Below the pieces are notes generated by a model, which was not told the DNA's origin, did not search any database, and saw only the letters and a program-made list of their open reading frames with translations. Made by a program: the position numbers and the translations under genes. From Betaproteobacteria bacterium (GTDB lineage Bacteria; Pseudomonadota; Gammaproteobacteria; Burkholderiales; SG8-39), in the NCBI GenBank assembly GCA_947478805.1, contig CANJXQ010000003.1, forward strand, positions 6,994 through 70,993: a DNA stretch of 64,000 nucleotides, read 5' to 3'. Positions 46,667 through 56,931 of this stretch are shown here, one piece after another. Position 1 is the stretch's first letter; every line of letters starts with the position of its first letter.

Positions 46667-47635
46667 TCACTCGATAACGACGCCCGCTTCCTTGACGACG
46701 CGCGACCAGGTCGCGACCTCGTCGATCGTCAGCTGGCGGTACTGCGCCGGCGTGGTCGTGATCGGGTTGAGCGAAATCTTCTCGAAGCGCTCGCGCACCT
46801 CGGGCATGGCCATCACGGCCAGCATGGCCGCATTGATCTGGCCGATGATTTCCTTCGGTGTTCCGGGGGAGGTCAGGATGCCGGACAGGCCGCGCACGAC
46901 GAAATTGGGCACTGCCTCGTTGGCGGCGGGGACGGCCGGGAACACCTTGCTGCGCCCCGTTCCCGTGGTGGCCAGCAGCCGGATCCGGCCCTCGCGAATC
47001 AGCGGGTTCGTGGACCCCATCGCGTCGCATCCCATCATGATCTCGCCGCCCATCAGGCCCACGGCCATCGGTGCGCCGCCCTTGTACGGCACCGAAGTGG
47101 TCTTGATTCCCGCCGCGATGTTGAGATATTCGACGATGAGGTGCGGCGTGGTCCCGGTGCCCGTGTTGCCGACCGTGACCTTGTCCGGGTTCGCTTTCGC
47201 GTACTCGATCATTTCAGGCAGCGTCTTGAATGGCGCGGCCGGGTTGGCGAAGAAGCCATATTCAGATTCGGCGTAGGCGATCACCTGGTCCAAGTCCTTG
47301 CGCGAATCGACCGTGGTGCCCTGCTTGCGCAGCACCAGCATATTCATCGACGAGGTGCCCAGCATCAACGTGTAGCCGTCCGGCTTGGCCGCCTTGACGA
47401 ACTCCGCGCCAATCAGCGTGCTGGCACCCGGCCTGTTGTCCACGACCACGGTCACTCCCAGCTTTTCGCCGAGTTGGGTCGAGATGGACCGCACGATGCC
47501 GTCGGCCACGCCGCCCGCGGGAAACGGACAGATGAACCGGATCGGGCGGTCTGGGTAGGCGGCCCATACGGCAGGGGCTGCCAGGGTGGCTGCCGCAGCA
47601 ACGCCGCCTGTGAGGATGATTCTGCGTTTTATCAT
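46667..47635 (-). CDS. Bug/TctC receptor (paralog of 38932..39900)
   Basis: MIKRRIIL signal, YPDRPIRFICPFPAGG, PDGYTL, VPYKGG. True start 47635 lies inside the long ORF call. Confidence 0.94.
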   Translation of the reverse strand: MIKRRIILTGGVAAAATLAAPAVWAAYPDRPIRFICPFPAGGVADGIVRSISTQLGEKLGVTVVVDNRPGASTLIGAEFVKAAKPDGYTLMLGTSSMNMLVLRKQGTTVDSRKDLDQVIAYAESEYGFFANPAAPFKTLPEMIEYAKANPDKVTVGNTGTGTTPHLIVEYLNIAAGIKTTSVPYKGGAPMAVGLMGGEIMMGCDAMGSTNPLIREGRIRLLATTGTGRSKVFPAVPAANEAVPNFVVRGLSGILTSPGTPKEIIGQINAAMLAVMAMPEVRERFEKISLNPITTTPAQYRQLTIDEVATWSRVVKEAGVVIE

Positions 47636-47687
47636 GTGGCAGATCCTAGGCGCCGCCTCGCGGATGGGCTTTGGCGGCGCCGATTGT

Positions 47688-47721
47688 GTTCCGTGCTTTG
47701 GTCCGTTCCGGCACACGGAAC
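47688..47721. promoter_or_regulatory. Two abutting IclR-type operators in the Bug/2-hydroxyacid dehydrogenase divergent region
   Basis: GTTCCG-TGCTT-TGGTCC (47688-47704) followed directly by the perfect dyad GTTCCG-GCACA-CGGAAC (47705-47721). Confidence 0.75.
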
Positions 47722-47800
47722 ACCGACAGGCAGGCTGGCCGCAGCCCGCACGCCGCACAGAACAATGCGCCTTGCAATTACCACAGCGAGGCAGCGACAA

Positions 47801-48862
47801 GTGAGCAGCGGCAAGGTTTTCATCCCGGCATTCACGGCGAACCCGGACGTCGACCAGGCGTTCGCCGACGCCGGTTTCGAGCTCGACTTCGCGCTCTCCG
47901 CGCAGGAACGTGCCCATGGCCGCTGGGCGTTCGAGCGCGCGGACATGCGCAGCGCGCAGATGGAAGCGGCGCTGGCCGAGCGGCTGCCGATGGCGCGCAT
48001 CCTGTGCGCCATCGGCGTAAAGGGTCATCTTCCGGTGACAGCTCAGATGATGGACGCGGCCAAAAAACTCGAGGTGATCTATGTCGGAGCCGCGGGCTAC
48101 GACAGGATCGACGTCGCGGCGGCGACCCAGCGCGGCATTCCCGTGTTCAACGCGCCGGGCGGCAACGCCATCGGCGTGTCGGAGCACGCGCTCGGTCTCA
48201 TGCTTTCGCTCACCCGCCGGATCGACGCCACGTCGCGCTTTGGCCGCGAGACAGGCACATGGGCCCGGCAATTCACGATGACCTCCACGCCCAGCCTGAG
48301 CGTGCTGCGCGGCAAAACGCTCGGCCTGGTCGGCTATGGCTTCATTGGACGGCAGCTGGCGCATAGCGCGCGCCTGGGTTTCGGCATGCAGGTCGTTGCG
48401 TACGACCCGTTTTTCGACCGGCTGGAAGCCGGGCGGCAGGGCGTGCGCCTCGTGCACGAGCTGGGCGACCTGCTCGCCACCAGCGACTTCGTGTCGATCC
48501 ACGTCCCATGGAACGACACGACACAGGGCCTGATCGGCGCGAAGCAACTCGCGTGCATGAAGCCGACGGCCTACCTCATCAACACGGCGCGCGGTCCGAT
48601 CGTGGACACCCAGGCGCTCATCGCCGCGCTCGAAGCCCACACGATCGCAGGCGCCGGGCTGGATTGCGTCGATCCGGAACCGCTGCCGGATGGCCATCCG
48701 CTCTACCGAATGCACAACGTGATCATCACGCCGCACATCGGCGGCGCCAGCCAGGAGGACATCGCGCGCGCCGACATCGTCGCAGCCGGCCTGGTCCTCG
48801 ATTTCATACGCGGCCACGGAGCGAGAAACGCGGTGAACCCCGATGCGGTGAAGGTCCGCTGA
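47801..48862 (+). CDS. D-isomer-specific 2-hydroxyacid dehydrogenase
   Basis: AGYDRID, GLVGYGFIG, INTARG, DCVDPEP, TPHIGG. Start GTG 47801 (ATG 47765 also possible). Confidence 0.92.
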   Translation: MSSGKVFIPAFTANPDVDQAFADAGFELDFALSAQERAHGRWAFERADMRSAQMEAALAERLPMARILCAIGVKGHLPVTAQMMDAAKKLEVIYVGAAGYDRIDVAAATQRGIPVFNAPGGNAIGVSEHALGLMLSLTRRIDATSRFGRETGTWARQFTMTSTPSLSVLRGKTLGLVGYGFIGRQLAHSARLGFGMQVVAYDPFFDRLEAGRQGVRLVHELGDLLATSDFVSIHVPWNDTTQGLIGAKQLACMKPTAYLINTARGPIVDTQALIAALEAHTIAGAGLDCVDPEPLPDGHPLYRMHNVIITPHIGGASQEDIARADIVAAGLVLDFIRGHGARNAVNPDAVKVR

Positions 48863-49743
48863 TGGCACTGTTCCTGTCTGCGGTAATCAGCGGCATCGCC
48901 AGCGGCGTGCTCCTGGCGCTGCTTGGATTTGGCGTCGTGCTGCTCTACAAGGCCACGGGCGTGGCCAATTTCGCGCAGGGCGCGCTCGGTACGCTGGGCG
49001 CGTTCATCGCCTTCAAGACGAGCGTGCGCTTCGACCTGCCGCTGCTTGCTGGCATCGCCTTCGCCATCGTCGCGATGCTGGTGCTGGGCGGCCTGTTTTA
49101 CTGGCTGATCCTGCGCCCACAGGACGATTCGGGCCGCCTGAACCTTGTTATCCGCACGCTGGGCCTGGAGATGCTGATTCTTGCCGTGGTCGAGCACCTG
49201 TGGTCGGCCGGCCAGCCGTTTTCCTTTCCCTCGATCTTTGGCAGGGCCATCGCGTTTTCCATGGGTAGCGCCACCGTGACCTGGGCCACTGTCGGCATCA
49301 TCGGCATCGCCATCCTCATGGCGACGCTCGCCTGGTTGGTGTTCCGCTTCACCGATATCGGGCTGATGTTCATCGGCATGTCGGAAAAGGCAGAGATCGT
49401 GCAGATGCTGGGCATCCCCACGCGGCGCCTGACGCTCATGGCCTGGATGGTGACTGCGGCGGTCGCGACTGTCGTCGGCGTCCTGCTGGCGCCGCAGGCG
49501 CTGCTGTCGTCCGACATGATGGAGCCCTACCTTTTGCTCGCCTTCACCGCCGTGGTGCTGGGTGGTCTGACCAGCCTGCCGGGCGTCTGGATCGGCGGCA
49601 TCGTGGTCGGCATCGTGAACAACGTCGTCTCGCTCTACGGAAACGGCGACATGGCCGTGTTCGTGATTTTTGCGCTCCTGCTGTCCGTGCTCAGCTTCCG
49701 GCCCCAGGGCCTGTTCGGGCAGCCAGAGATCGAACGCCTTTGA
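48862..49743 (+). CDS. livH: Liv-type ABC permease
   Basis: LLYKATGVANFAQG, FTAVVLGGL, RPQGLFG. TGATG overlap start. Confidence 0.91.
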   Translation: MALFLSAVISGIASGVLLALLGFGVVLLYKATGVANFAQGALGTLGAFIAFKTSVRFDLPLLAGIAFAIVAMLVLGGLFYWLILRPQDDSGRLNLVIRTLGLEMLILAVVEHLWSAGQPFSFPSIFGRAIAFSMGSATVTWATVGIIGIAILMATLAWLVFRFTDIGLMFIGMSEKAEIVQMLGIPTRRLTLMAWMVTAAVATVVGVLLAPQALLSSDMMEPYLLLAFTAVVLGGLTSLPGVWIGGIVVGIVNNVVSLYGNGDMAVFVIFALLLSVLSFRPQGLFGQPEIERL

Positions 49744-49768
49744 CCCACCCACCACAAAAGGAGACTCA

Positions 49769-50962
49769 GTGACTCATCTTGGAAATTGCCTTCGGCAGGC
49801 CCTGGCCGCCACGCTCACCACCACGGTTTTGGCCGGCGCGTCCGCGCCGGCCTACGCTCAGGATATCAACATGGAAGGCGTTGGCAAGGACCGCGTCCTG
49901 CTGGGCACCTCGACGCCGCTCACGGGCCCCGTCGGGCCGCCGTGCAAGCCGGTGAGCGACGGATCGCTGGCCTGGTTCCAGCACATCAACGACCAGGGCG
50001 GCATCAAGGGCCGCAAGGTCGACAACACCGTGCTGGACGACGCCTACAAAGCGCCCGAGGCGCTGGCCAATGGCAGGCAGTTGGCAGCCAAGCCGGTGTT
50101 CGCGTTCTTCGCCGGCTGCGGCACGCTTCAGCCGCCGGTGCTGATGCCTATCGCCAAGCAAAACAATATGCTGTACCTCTTCCCCTCGGCCGGCAATCCG
50201 GAACTGATGACGACGCCCTTCGTCTACAGCCTCTGGCCCCTGTACAGCGACCAGTTCGGCGGCCTGGTCTCCACCACGCTGGGCAAGTACGGCGCGGGCA
50301 CCGTCTTCAGCATCCTGCCGGACGTGCCCGGCATCGAGGAGACCATCACCCGGATCAAGGAAGGCATCACCGCGGGCAAGGGCAAGTACCTGGGCGAGGA
50401 ACGGATCACGCAGCGTGAAGCGGACTACACGCCACTCGTGCTCAAGATCAAGGCGCTCAAGCCCGATTACCTGATCGTCCACACGACTGCCCCCGCCACC
50501 GCGAAGATCGTCAACGCGCTGCAGGCGCAGGACGCGATGCCGCCCAAATACCTGCTGGGCGCGGCAACGATGGCGTCTCCCGCCTTCCTCACCGCCGGCG
50601 GCACGCTCATCAACAACAAGGCGCTGGTCGTCATTCCCGTTGTTCCCGCCGACGACGCGCGCGCCAAGACGTGCCTGGACGTGATGAAGAAGTACACGCC
50701 CGACACACCCGTCGACTCGTTCAGCCTCTATGGCTGCGCGATCGCCCAGGTGTTCACCGCGATCCTGGCCGACACGCCGGAGCCGCTCACGCGCGCTTCG
50801 TTCGAAAAGACCATGATGTCCTGGAAGGGCAAGAAGGCGACCGAACTGATGCAGCCCATCACCTTCAACAACCCGCAACACCTGGGCGCCGGCGAGATGA
50901 CGCTTGGCAAGATCGTGAACGGCAAGGTGGTGGCCGACGGAACGGTGGTCCTGCCGAAATGA
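49769..50962 (+). CDS. Liv-type ABC substrate-binding protein
   Basis: PLTGP, INDQGGIKGRKV, LDDAY. GTG start after AAGGAG. Confidence 0.9.
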   Translation: MTHLGNCLRQALAATLTTTVLAGASAPAYAQDINMEGVGKDRVLLGTSTPLTGPVGPPCKPVSDGSLAWFQHINDQGGIKGRKVDNTVLDDAYKAPEALANGRQLAAKPVFAFFAGCGTLQPPVLMPIAKQNNMLYLFPSAGNPELMTTPFVYSLWPLYSDQFGGLVSTTLGKYGAGTVFSILPDVPGIEETITRIKEGITAGKGKYLGEERITQREADYTPLVLKIKALKPDYLIVHTTAPATAKIVNALQAQDAMPPKYLLGAATMASPAFLTAGGTLINNKALVVIPVVPADDARAKTCLDVMKKYTPDTPVDSFSLYGCAIAQVFTAILADTPEPLTRASFEKTMMSWKGKKATELMQPITFNNPQHLGAGEMTLGKIVNGKVVADGTVVLPK

Positions 50963-52794
50963 AAGTTTCCACGGAGGCCCGCAGCGGCACGGCGCTCGCC
51001 ACAGCGGCGACGCTGGCTGTTCTGGCCGCCGCCCCGTTCCTGCCGCTCGGGGACCGTTTCCACCTCATCCTGACGATCGGCCTGATCTATGCGATCGCGG
51101 CCGTCGGCATCGACATCTTCTCCGGTTATTGCGGGCAACTCACTTTCGGCAATTTCGCGTTTATGGCGATAGGCGCCTATGCGTCGGCCATCCTGTCGGC
51201 CGACTACGGCTGGAACCCCTGGGCAACCCTCATCGGCAGCATGGCGGCAGCGGGACTGATCGGCCTGCTGCTGGGCGCCGCCGCCGTGCGGCTGCCCCAC
51301 CTGGGCACGGCCATGGGGACATTTTTCTTTGCGACGACCGTGGCCGTGGCGCTGCGCGGCGCCACGCTGTCGCCGCTGACGCGCGGGCCCACCGGCCTGC
51401 CTGTGAACAAGGTCAGCCTGTTCGGCGGGCCGATCACGCCCGCCGCCATTTACTGGCTGGCGTGGGTGCTGCTGGCCATCGTGACACTGATCTCCTACCG
51501 CTACGCCAACTCGCGCGCGGGCATGGCGCTGCGGCTGATTAAACGCAGCGAAGTGGTGGCGGAATCGATGGGCGTGCACGTGTTGTCGCACAAGCTGTGG
51601 GCCTTCGTGTGGTCCACCATCGCGGCCGGTATCGCGGGTTTCGTCTATGCGCAGGCGCTGGAATACATCATCCCGGAAGCCTTCCCCGGCTTTGAGTCCG
51701 TCATCCTTCTCACCATGGCCATCATCGGCGGCCTGGGCAGCATCGCCGGGCCGATCATCGGCGCGGTCGGCTTTTCCATCCTGGGCGAGCTCACGCGTTC
51801 GGCAGGCGATGTTCGGCAAATCTTATTCGCGCTACTGCTGCTGGCGAACCTCGTCTTCATCCCCGGCGGGCTCTACAGCGTGATTGAATGGGTGGGCGCG
51901 CTCGGCCGCAAGAATGACAAACAGGGCGGCAGCGGGCAGCCCGCGCCCGAGGCGCCCGTAGTAACAGGCGCATCACGCACTGCCACAGTCACTAGGCGCG
52001 AGCCCCTTGCGCGCGATGCAACGGTGCCACCCGTCCTCACCTTGAGGGACCTGACGGTGCGCTTCGGCGGCGTGACCGCCATCGACACGGTGAGCATTGA
52101 AGTGACGCGCGGCACGATCCACGCCATCATCGGCCCCAACGGCGCGGGCAAGACCACCCTGCTCAATTGCATCAGCGGCCTGCAACCGCACGAGGGGGAG
52201 ATCCGCTTTGGCGACAGGCGCATCGTGGGCCTGACGGCGCGCGCGGTGCGGCGCAGCGGCCTTTCACGCACTTTCCAGAACCCATCGCTCGTGGCCGACC
52301 TGACGGTCCTGGAAAATGTGCGAATGGGCACCTGCGGCACCACGCCCAGCTCGCCGCTGCGCGACATCCTGCCTTTGCCCTCCACCATCGCGCGCGACGC
52401 CGAGGCGGCGCGCCTAGCGCACGCCGCGCTCGACACCGTCGGCTTCGCAGCGCAGCGCCGCCACCTGCGTGCAGGCGACCTGTCGCTGGCCGACCAGAAG
52501 ATCGCGGACATCGCGCGGGCCATCGTGGGCGCGCCGCAACTGCTGCTGCTCGACGAGCCGACCGCGGGCCTGTCGGAAAGCGAAATCGAGCTGATCGCCG
52601 GTGTCTTGCAGAAGGTCAATCGCGACCACGGGATGACCATCGTCGTGATCGCGCACCACATCGGCTTTGTGCGCGCGGTGGCCGACTGGGCCACGGTGCT
52701 CGATTTCGGCAAGTGCATTGCGGAGGGCCTGCCCGACGACGTGACCAGCCGCAAGGACGTCATGGACGTGTTCCTGGGAGCGGAAGATGAGTGA
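50959..52794 (+). CDS. Fused LivM permease / LivG ATPase
   Basis: N-terminal GYCGQLTFG..F.AIGAY permease, a P/A/T-rich linker, then C-terminal GPNGAGKTT, SRTFQN and LLLDEPTAG. Confidence 0.92.
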   Translation: MKVSTEARSGTALATAATLAVLAAAPFLPLGDRFHLILTIGLIYAIAAVGIDIFSGYCGQLTFGNFAFMAIGAYASAILSADYGWNPWATLIGSMAAAGLIGLLLGAAAVRLPHLGTAMGTFFFATTVAVALRGATLSPLTRGPTGLPVNKVSLFGGPITPAAIYWLAWVLLAIVTLISYRYANSRAGMALRLIKRSEVVAESMGVHVLSHKLWAFVWSTIAAGIAGFVYAQALEYIIPEAFPGFESVILLTMAIIGGLGSIAGPIIGAVGFSILGELTRSAGDVRQILFALLLLANLVFIPGGLYSVIEWVGALGRKNDKQGGSGQPAPEAPVVTGASRTATVTRREPLARDATVPPVLTLRDLTVRFGGVTAIDTVSIEVTRGTIHAIIGPNGAGKTTLLNCISGLQPHEGEIRFGDRRIVGLTARAVRRSGLSRTFQNPSLVADLTVLENVRMGTCGTTPSSPLRDILPLPSTIARDAEAARLAHAALDTVGFAAQRRHLRAGDLSLADQKIADIARAIVGAPQLLLLDEPTAGLSESEIELIAGVLQKVNRDHGMTIVVIAHHIGFVRAVADWATVLDFGKCIAEGLPDDVTSRKDVMDVFLGAEDE

Positions 52795-53509
52795 CAGCGC
52801 AACGCCCACGCTCCAGGTGCGCGAGCTTGCCGTCAGCTACGGCGCGGCGCGCGTGATCGGCAATGTGAACATCGACGTGGCGGCCGGAGAAATCGTGGGC
52901 ATGGTGGGCCCCAACGGCGCGGGCAAGACCACGACGCTGCGCGCGATCTCCGCCCTGGTTGCGCGCCAGCGCGGACAGGTGATGCTGGAGGGGGTGGTGC
53001 TCGGCGAGCGGCCCGAAATCATGGCGCGCGCCGGGATCGCCCACGTGCCCGAGGGACGCGGCCTCATACCCAGCCTGACCGTCCACCAGAACCTGCGGCT
53101 GGCCGCGATCGGTGCGGGCAGGAAGCTGTCGCAGGAGGACGTCGCGTATGCCACGGCGGTCTTTCCGCTGATCGAGCGCCTGATGGACCGGCGCGCCGGG
53201 TTCCTCAGCGGCGGTGAGCAGCAGATGGTCGCGATTTCGCGTGGCCTGGTCGCGCGGCCGAAGATTTTGATGATCGATGAGCTGAGCCTGGGACTGGCGC
53301 CGCGGATCGTGAAGGACATGTCGCGGGTATTGCGGCGGGTCGCGAACGAACGGCAGATCGGCATCTTCCTGGTGGACCAGAATGTGCGCGGTCTTTCGCA
53401 TGTCTGCGACCGCATCTATGTGCTGCAGGACGGCCTGAGCTCGGTCGCAAACAAGGATGACACGGACCTGATGCGGGCGGTCTATTTCGGCCGAGCCACG
53501 GCTGCCTAG
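52787..53509 (+). CDS. livF: Liv-type ABC ATP-binding protein
   Basis: GPNGAGKTT, HVPEGRG, LSGGEQQ, IDELSLGLAP. Confidence 0.93.
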   Translation: MSDSATPTLQVRELAVSYGAARVIGNVNIDVAAGEIVGMVGPNGAGKTTTLRAISALVARQRGQVMLEGVVLGERPEIMARAGIAHVPEGRGLIPSLTVHQNLRLAAIGAGRKLSQEDVAYATAVFPLIERLMDRRAGFLSGGEQQMVAISRGLVARPKILMIDELSLGLAPRIVKDMSRVLRRVANERQIGIFLVDQNVRGLSHVCDRIYVLQDGLSSVANKDDTDLMRAVYFGRATAA

Positions 53510-53534
53510 TGGCTTTTGGCCGGCCGGCCCGCGG

Positions 53535-54497
53535 CTATTTCAACTCGCCAGCTTCGCGCTTGAGCCGGGCCCAGCGGTTGTAATCCTTCTCGAGCACATC
53601 GCGGAATGTGCGAGCGTCCGAGAAGACCGCCTTGTTGCCTCCTTGCGCCGACATGGCCACGAAGCCTTCGCCCTCCACTGCCTTCTTCAGCGCGGCAGCC
53701 AGCTTCTGGATGACGGGCGCAGGCGTTCCGGGCGGTGCCACCAGGCCGTTCGTGCCTTCGTACTCGAAGTCCTCGATGCCTTGCTCCCCCGTCGTGGGGA
53801 CGTTGGGAAACATCGTCGAGCGCACGCTGCCGCCGGACGCTATCACCCGAAGCGTGCCCGCCTTCACGTGCGCACCGGCCTGCGAGGCGTCTGTGATGAG
53901 AACGCCAATGCGGCCCGCAATGACGTCGAGCAGGGCGGGCTGGATGCCCTTGTGCGAAATGTGCGTGACGTTCAGTCCGCGGCGCTTGGCAAAGACGGTC
54001 ACCACCATGTGGCTGGGGCTGCCATGGCCGGACGACGTGTACGGCGCGCCGGGGTTGGCCCGGAAATATGCCTCCAGCTCCGCCATGTTTTTCACGTCCG
54101 CGACCTTGGGGTTCACGACGACGACGGTCGGCTGCACGATGGTGCTGCCGATCGCCGAGAAGCGCTTGTCGATGTCCAGCGGCTTGTCCTGCGCGAGCAG
54201 CGCCACCGTCGTCACATTCGGCAGCAGCAGCACGGTATAGCCGTCGGGTTTGCTGGCTGCAAGCGCCTCGAGGCCAATGAGGCCGGTGACGCCCGGCTTG
54301 TTGTCGACAATGACGTTCTGTCCGAGGCTCGTCGACATCTCCTTGGCCAGGAAGCGGCCAATGGCATCGGTGGGGCCGCCGGCTGCGAAGCCGATGATCA
54401 TCTTGATCGGCTGCTCCGGGTAGCCCTGTGCCCACGCGGTGCTGAGTGGTGCCGCAAGCAGAAGGGATGTGGCTAGCAGCCGGCGCAAGAGCTTCAT
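53535..54497 (-). CDS. Bug/TctC receptor
   Basis: YPEQPIKMIIGFAAGGPTD, DNKPG, PDGYT, HISHKG. Confidence 0.93.
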   Translation of the reverse strand: MKLLRRLLATSLLLAAPLSTAWAQGYPEQPIKMIIGFAAGGPTDAIGRFLAKEMSTSLGQNVIVDNKPGVTGLIGLEALAASKPDGYTVLLLPNVTTVALLAQDKPLDIDKRFSAIGSTIVQPTVVVVNPKVADVKNMAELEAYFRANPGAPYTSSGHGSPSHMVVTVFAKRRGLNVTHISHKGIQPALLDVIAGRIGVLITDASQAGAHVKAGTLRVIASGGSVRSTMFPNVPTTGEQGIEDFEYEGTNGLVAPPGTPAPVIQKLAAALKKAVEGEGFVAMSAQGGNKAVFSDARTFRDVLEKDYNRWARLKREAGELK

Positions 54498-54536
54498 GGA
54501 TCGATTCTCCGGAGTGTGTCAAAAAAATCTGATGTG

Positions 54537-55589
54537 CTAGCAGGCCAGGCTGTACACCTTGTTGGCCGTCCCGAAAAACAGGCTGTCCAGTTCGGCCTGC
54601 GAACAGCCCGAGGCGATCCGCTTGTACGCATTCCAGACGGTGGCGTAACTCGCGCTTTGCTTGTCCGGCGGAAAGTTGCTCTCGAACATACAGCGGTCCA
54701 CGCCGAAGAGATCGATCGCCGTCTTATAGAAAGGTGCCCATGCCGCTGCCAGCGCTTCAGAGCCAGCAGGCACCTCGCGGTTGTTAAAGCCCAGCCCGCT
54801 GAAAGGCATGCCCAGGCCACCCAGCTTCACCCGCACGTTCGGGCAAGCAGCGAGAGCCAGCATCGATTTCTTCCAGTCGGCAAAGACCTCGTCCTTGCGC
54901 GACGCATAAGGCCCCACGCCCAGCGGACTGCCCACGTGGTCCAGCACCATCGTCGCCTGCGGCACCGCGCGCGCCAGGTCGGCGAAGTCGGGGTTTTGCA
55001 CATGGTAGTGGCAGCTGTCATAGACCAGGCCTCTGGCCGCCACGCGCGCCAGGCCCTTGCGGAACTCGACCCCGCGCATCAGGTCCTTCGCGGGCGCGAG
55101 CGACCCGAACTCCCCCACCAGCGGTTCATAGAAAGCGCGGTTGCGGATACCGCGCAGCCGCCCATTGCCGGCGGCGATGTGCGCGTCCAGCACCCTGTCG
55201 ACCTTGTCGCCCAGGCGCAGGTCCGCATAGGACACGATGCCCGCATTCACCAGCGCGCCGCCATAGTGGCCACTCGCGCCCATGGCCGCGATGCCGTTGG
55301 CGAATTCGGTTTCGCCCACGGGCCGCAGGTCCTCGTCACCGTCCTTGCGCCACATGGCCGAACACTCCACGAACATGGTGGCAACGATGTTGTGCCCGGT
55401 CGCGATGTCGGCGGCAAAGTCCTCGATCAGGTAGCTGTCATGCGGCCTGCCAACCAGGTGATGATGCGGGTCGATGATGGGCAGCGCCGGCAACAGGATT
55501 TCTTCGGGTTCCTGCGCGGCGTAGCGCTGATCCAGAACGGCGAGCGTCTGGCGGACGTCCCACTCCTTACCCTTGGGCGGCGTGTGCAT
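54537..55589 (-). CDS. Amidohydrolase_2 family protein (COG3618 lactonase-like), paralog A
   Basis: IIDPHHHL, RGIR, LDHVG, KLGGLGM, FGVDRCMFESNFPPDK. Confidence 0.92.
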   Translation of the reverse strand: MHTPPKGKEWDVRQTLAVLDQRYAAQEPEEILLPALPIIDPHHHLVGRPHDSYLIEDFAADIATGHNIVATMFVECSAMWRKDGDEDLRPVGETEFANGIAAMGASGHYGGALVNAGIVSYADLRLGDKVDRVLDAHIAAGNGRLRGIRNRAFYEPLVGEFGSLAPAKDLMRGVEFRKGLARVAARGLVYDSCHYHVQNPDFADLARAVPQATMVLDHVGSPLGVGPYASRKDEVFADWKKSMLALAACPNVRVKLGGLGMPFSGLGFNNREVPAGSEALAAAWAPFYKTAIDLFGVDRCMFESNFPPDKQSASYATVWNAYKRIASGCSQAELDSLFFGTANKVYSLAC

Positions 55590-55604
55590 GGAGTGCCCGC
55601 TGCC

Positions 55605-56837
55605 TCAGGCAATGGACAGCGCCATGCTCGAATAGCCCCACTGGAACGACGAAGGCGTGCGCACGGCCTCTTCGATCGTGTACTCGGGGACGCGCCGCAG
55701 GAACTCCTGCAGGAGGATCTTGCCCTCCAGCCGGGCCAGGTGCGAACCGATGCAAAAGTGCAGTCCGTTGCCAAAGCCCAGGTGCCGTGTGTTCGGCCGG
55801 TTCCACTGGAACTGGTCCGGGTTGGGATACTCACGCTCGTCGCGGTTGCCAGACTGGATCAACGCGACCACGCGCTCACCCACTTCGAGCTTGTGACCGG
55901 CGATGGTGACGGGCGTCAGCACCGTGCGCATGAACCACTGGGCGGGGCCGCAGTAGCGCAGCATTTCCTCGAAAGCAGGCCGGGCGTTGTTCTCCAGGTC
56001 GCTCATCACCTCGGCCTTCTGGGAGGGATTGCGGTTGAGTTCTAGCAGGCCATGCGCAAAGACCTTGGGAAGCGTCTCCGACCCGCCCAGCAAGATGCTG
56101 GAGATCAGGATGGCGATGTCGTTGACGGTGAGCTTGCGCCCTTCCACCTCCAGCTCGCGCAGCTTCTCGATCACGGGCAGGGGGCGATCGCTCTGGCCTG
56201 CGATCTGCCTGCGCACCGCCTTGCGGCAGATCTCCAGCAAGGTGTCGCGGTTCTTGATCCAGTCGGGCGGAAAGCCGCCTGTCACAGGGTCCTGCTTGGT
56301 CGCGAGATTGGCCGCGGCCAGCACCTCGGCCGCATCTTCGACGGGAACGCCGGCCATGCCGCAAACCGATCCCGCGGCCACGATGCCGGCAAAGTCGAGC
56401 GTTACGTTGAAACGCTTCTGGGGGATCAGCTTGTCCAGCAAGGCGTTGGTGCGCTTGCGGATGTCGTCGGCCAGCGCCGTGACGGACTTGGGCTTGAGTT
56501 CCGCCATCATGGCCTGGCGCAGCTTGCCGTAGGTTTCGGTCTCGTTGAAACCGAGCAGCGGCGTCGGGTCCTTCTGCCACTTGGGCCCCGCGCCCTTTTC
56601 AAACTTGGACAGCCCCTCCTTGTTGCTGAGAGTTCCCTCGGCACTGTGGAAATGGGCGTCGTTTTCGAAAATGCTCAGCACGTCCTCAAAGCGCGAGAAC
56701 GCCCAGGCGTTGTACTGCGGCATGTGGTGGACCGGAAAGTGGTCGCGCAGCTCCTTGTAATACGGAAGGGGGTCGCGCATGACGGCGATGGAGAACGGGT
56801 CGTATTTGGATGTCCTGGCGATTTCGGCTGTGGTCAT
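55605..56837 (-). CDS. Cytochrome P450
   Basis: YDPF..DP...Y..LR, GGSET I-helix, EMLR, GNRDE, heme motif FGNGLHFCIG. Start MTTAEI at 56837. Confidence 0.95.
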   Translation of the reverse strand: MTTAEIARTSKYDPFSIAVMRDPLPYYKELRDHFPVHHMPQYNAWAFSRFEDVLSIFENDAHFHSAEGTLSNKEGLSKFEKGAGPKWQKDPTPLLGFNETETYGKLRQAMMAELKPKSVTALADDIRKRTNALLDKLIPQKRFNVTLDFAGIVAAGSVCGMAGVPVEDAAEVLAAANLATKQDPVTGGFPPDWIKNRDTLLEICRKAVRRQIAGQSDRPLPVIEKLRELEVEGRKLTVNDIAILISSILLGGSETLPKVFAHGLLELNRNPSQKAEVMSDLENNARPAFEEMLRYCGPAQWFMRTVLTPVTIAGHKLEVGERVVALIQSGNRDEREYPNPDQFQWNRPNTRHLGFGNGLHFCIGSHLARLEGKILLQEFLRRVPEYTIEEAVRTPSSFQWGYSSMALSIA

Positions 56838-56931
56838 GGTGTTTTGGGCTGTGAGGCGCAGGTAAATGGAAAAGCCTGTAACAGCAATTACGCTGACTGG
56901 CACTTGCGGACGCAATGGCGGCGGGTAAAGT

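Noticed and set aside
46667-48868. 733-aa ORF suggesting a Bug fusion
   Set aside because: The upstream part is antisense to the 2-hydroxyacid dehydrogenase gene. The signal peptide starts at 47635.
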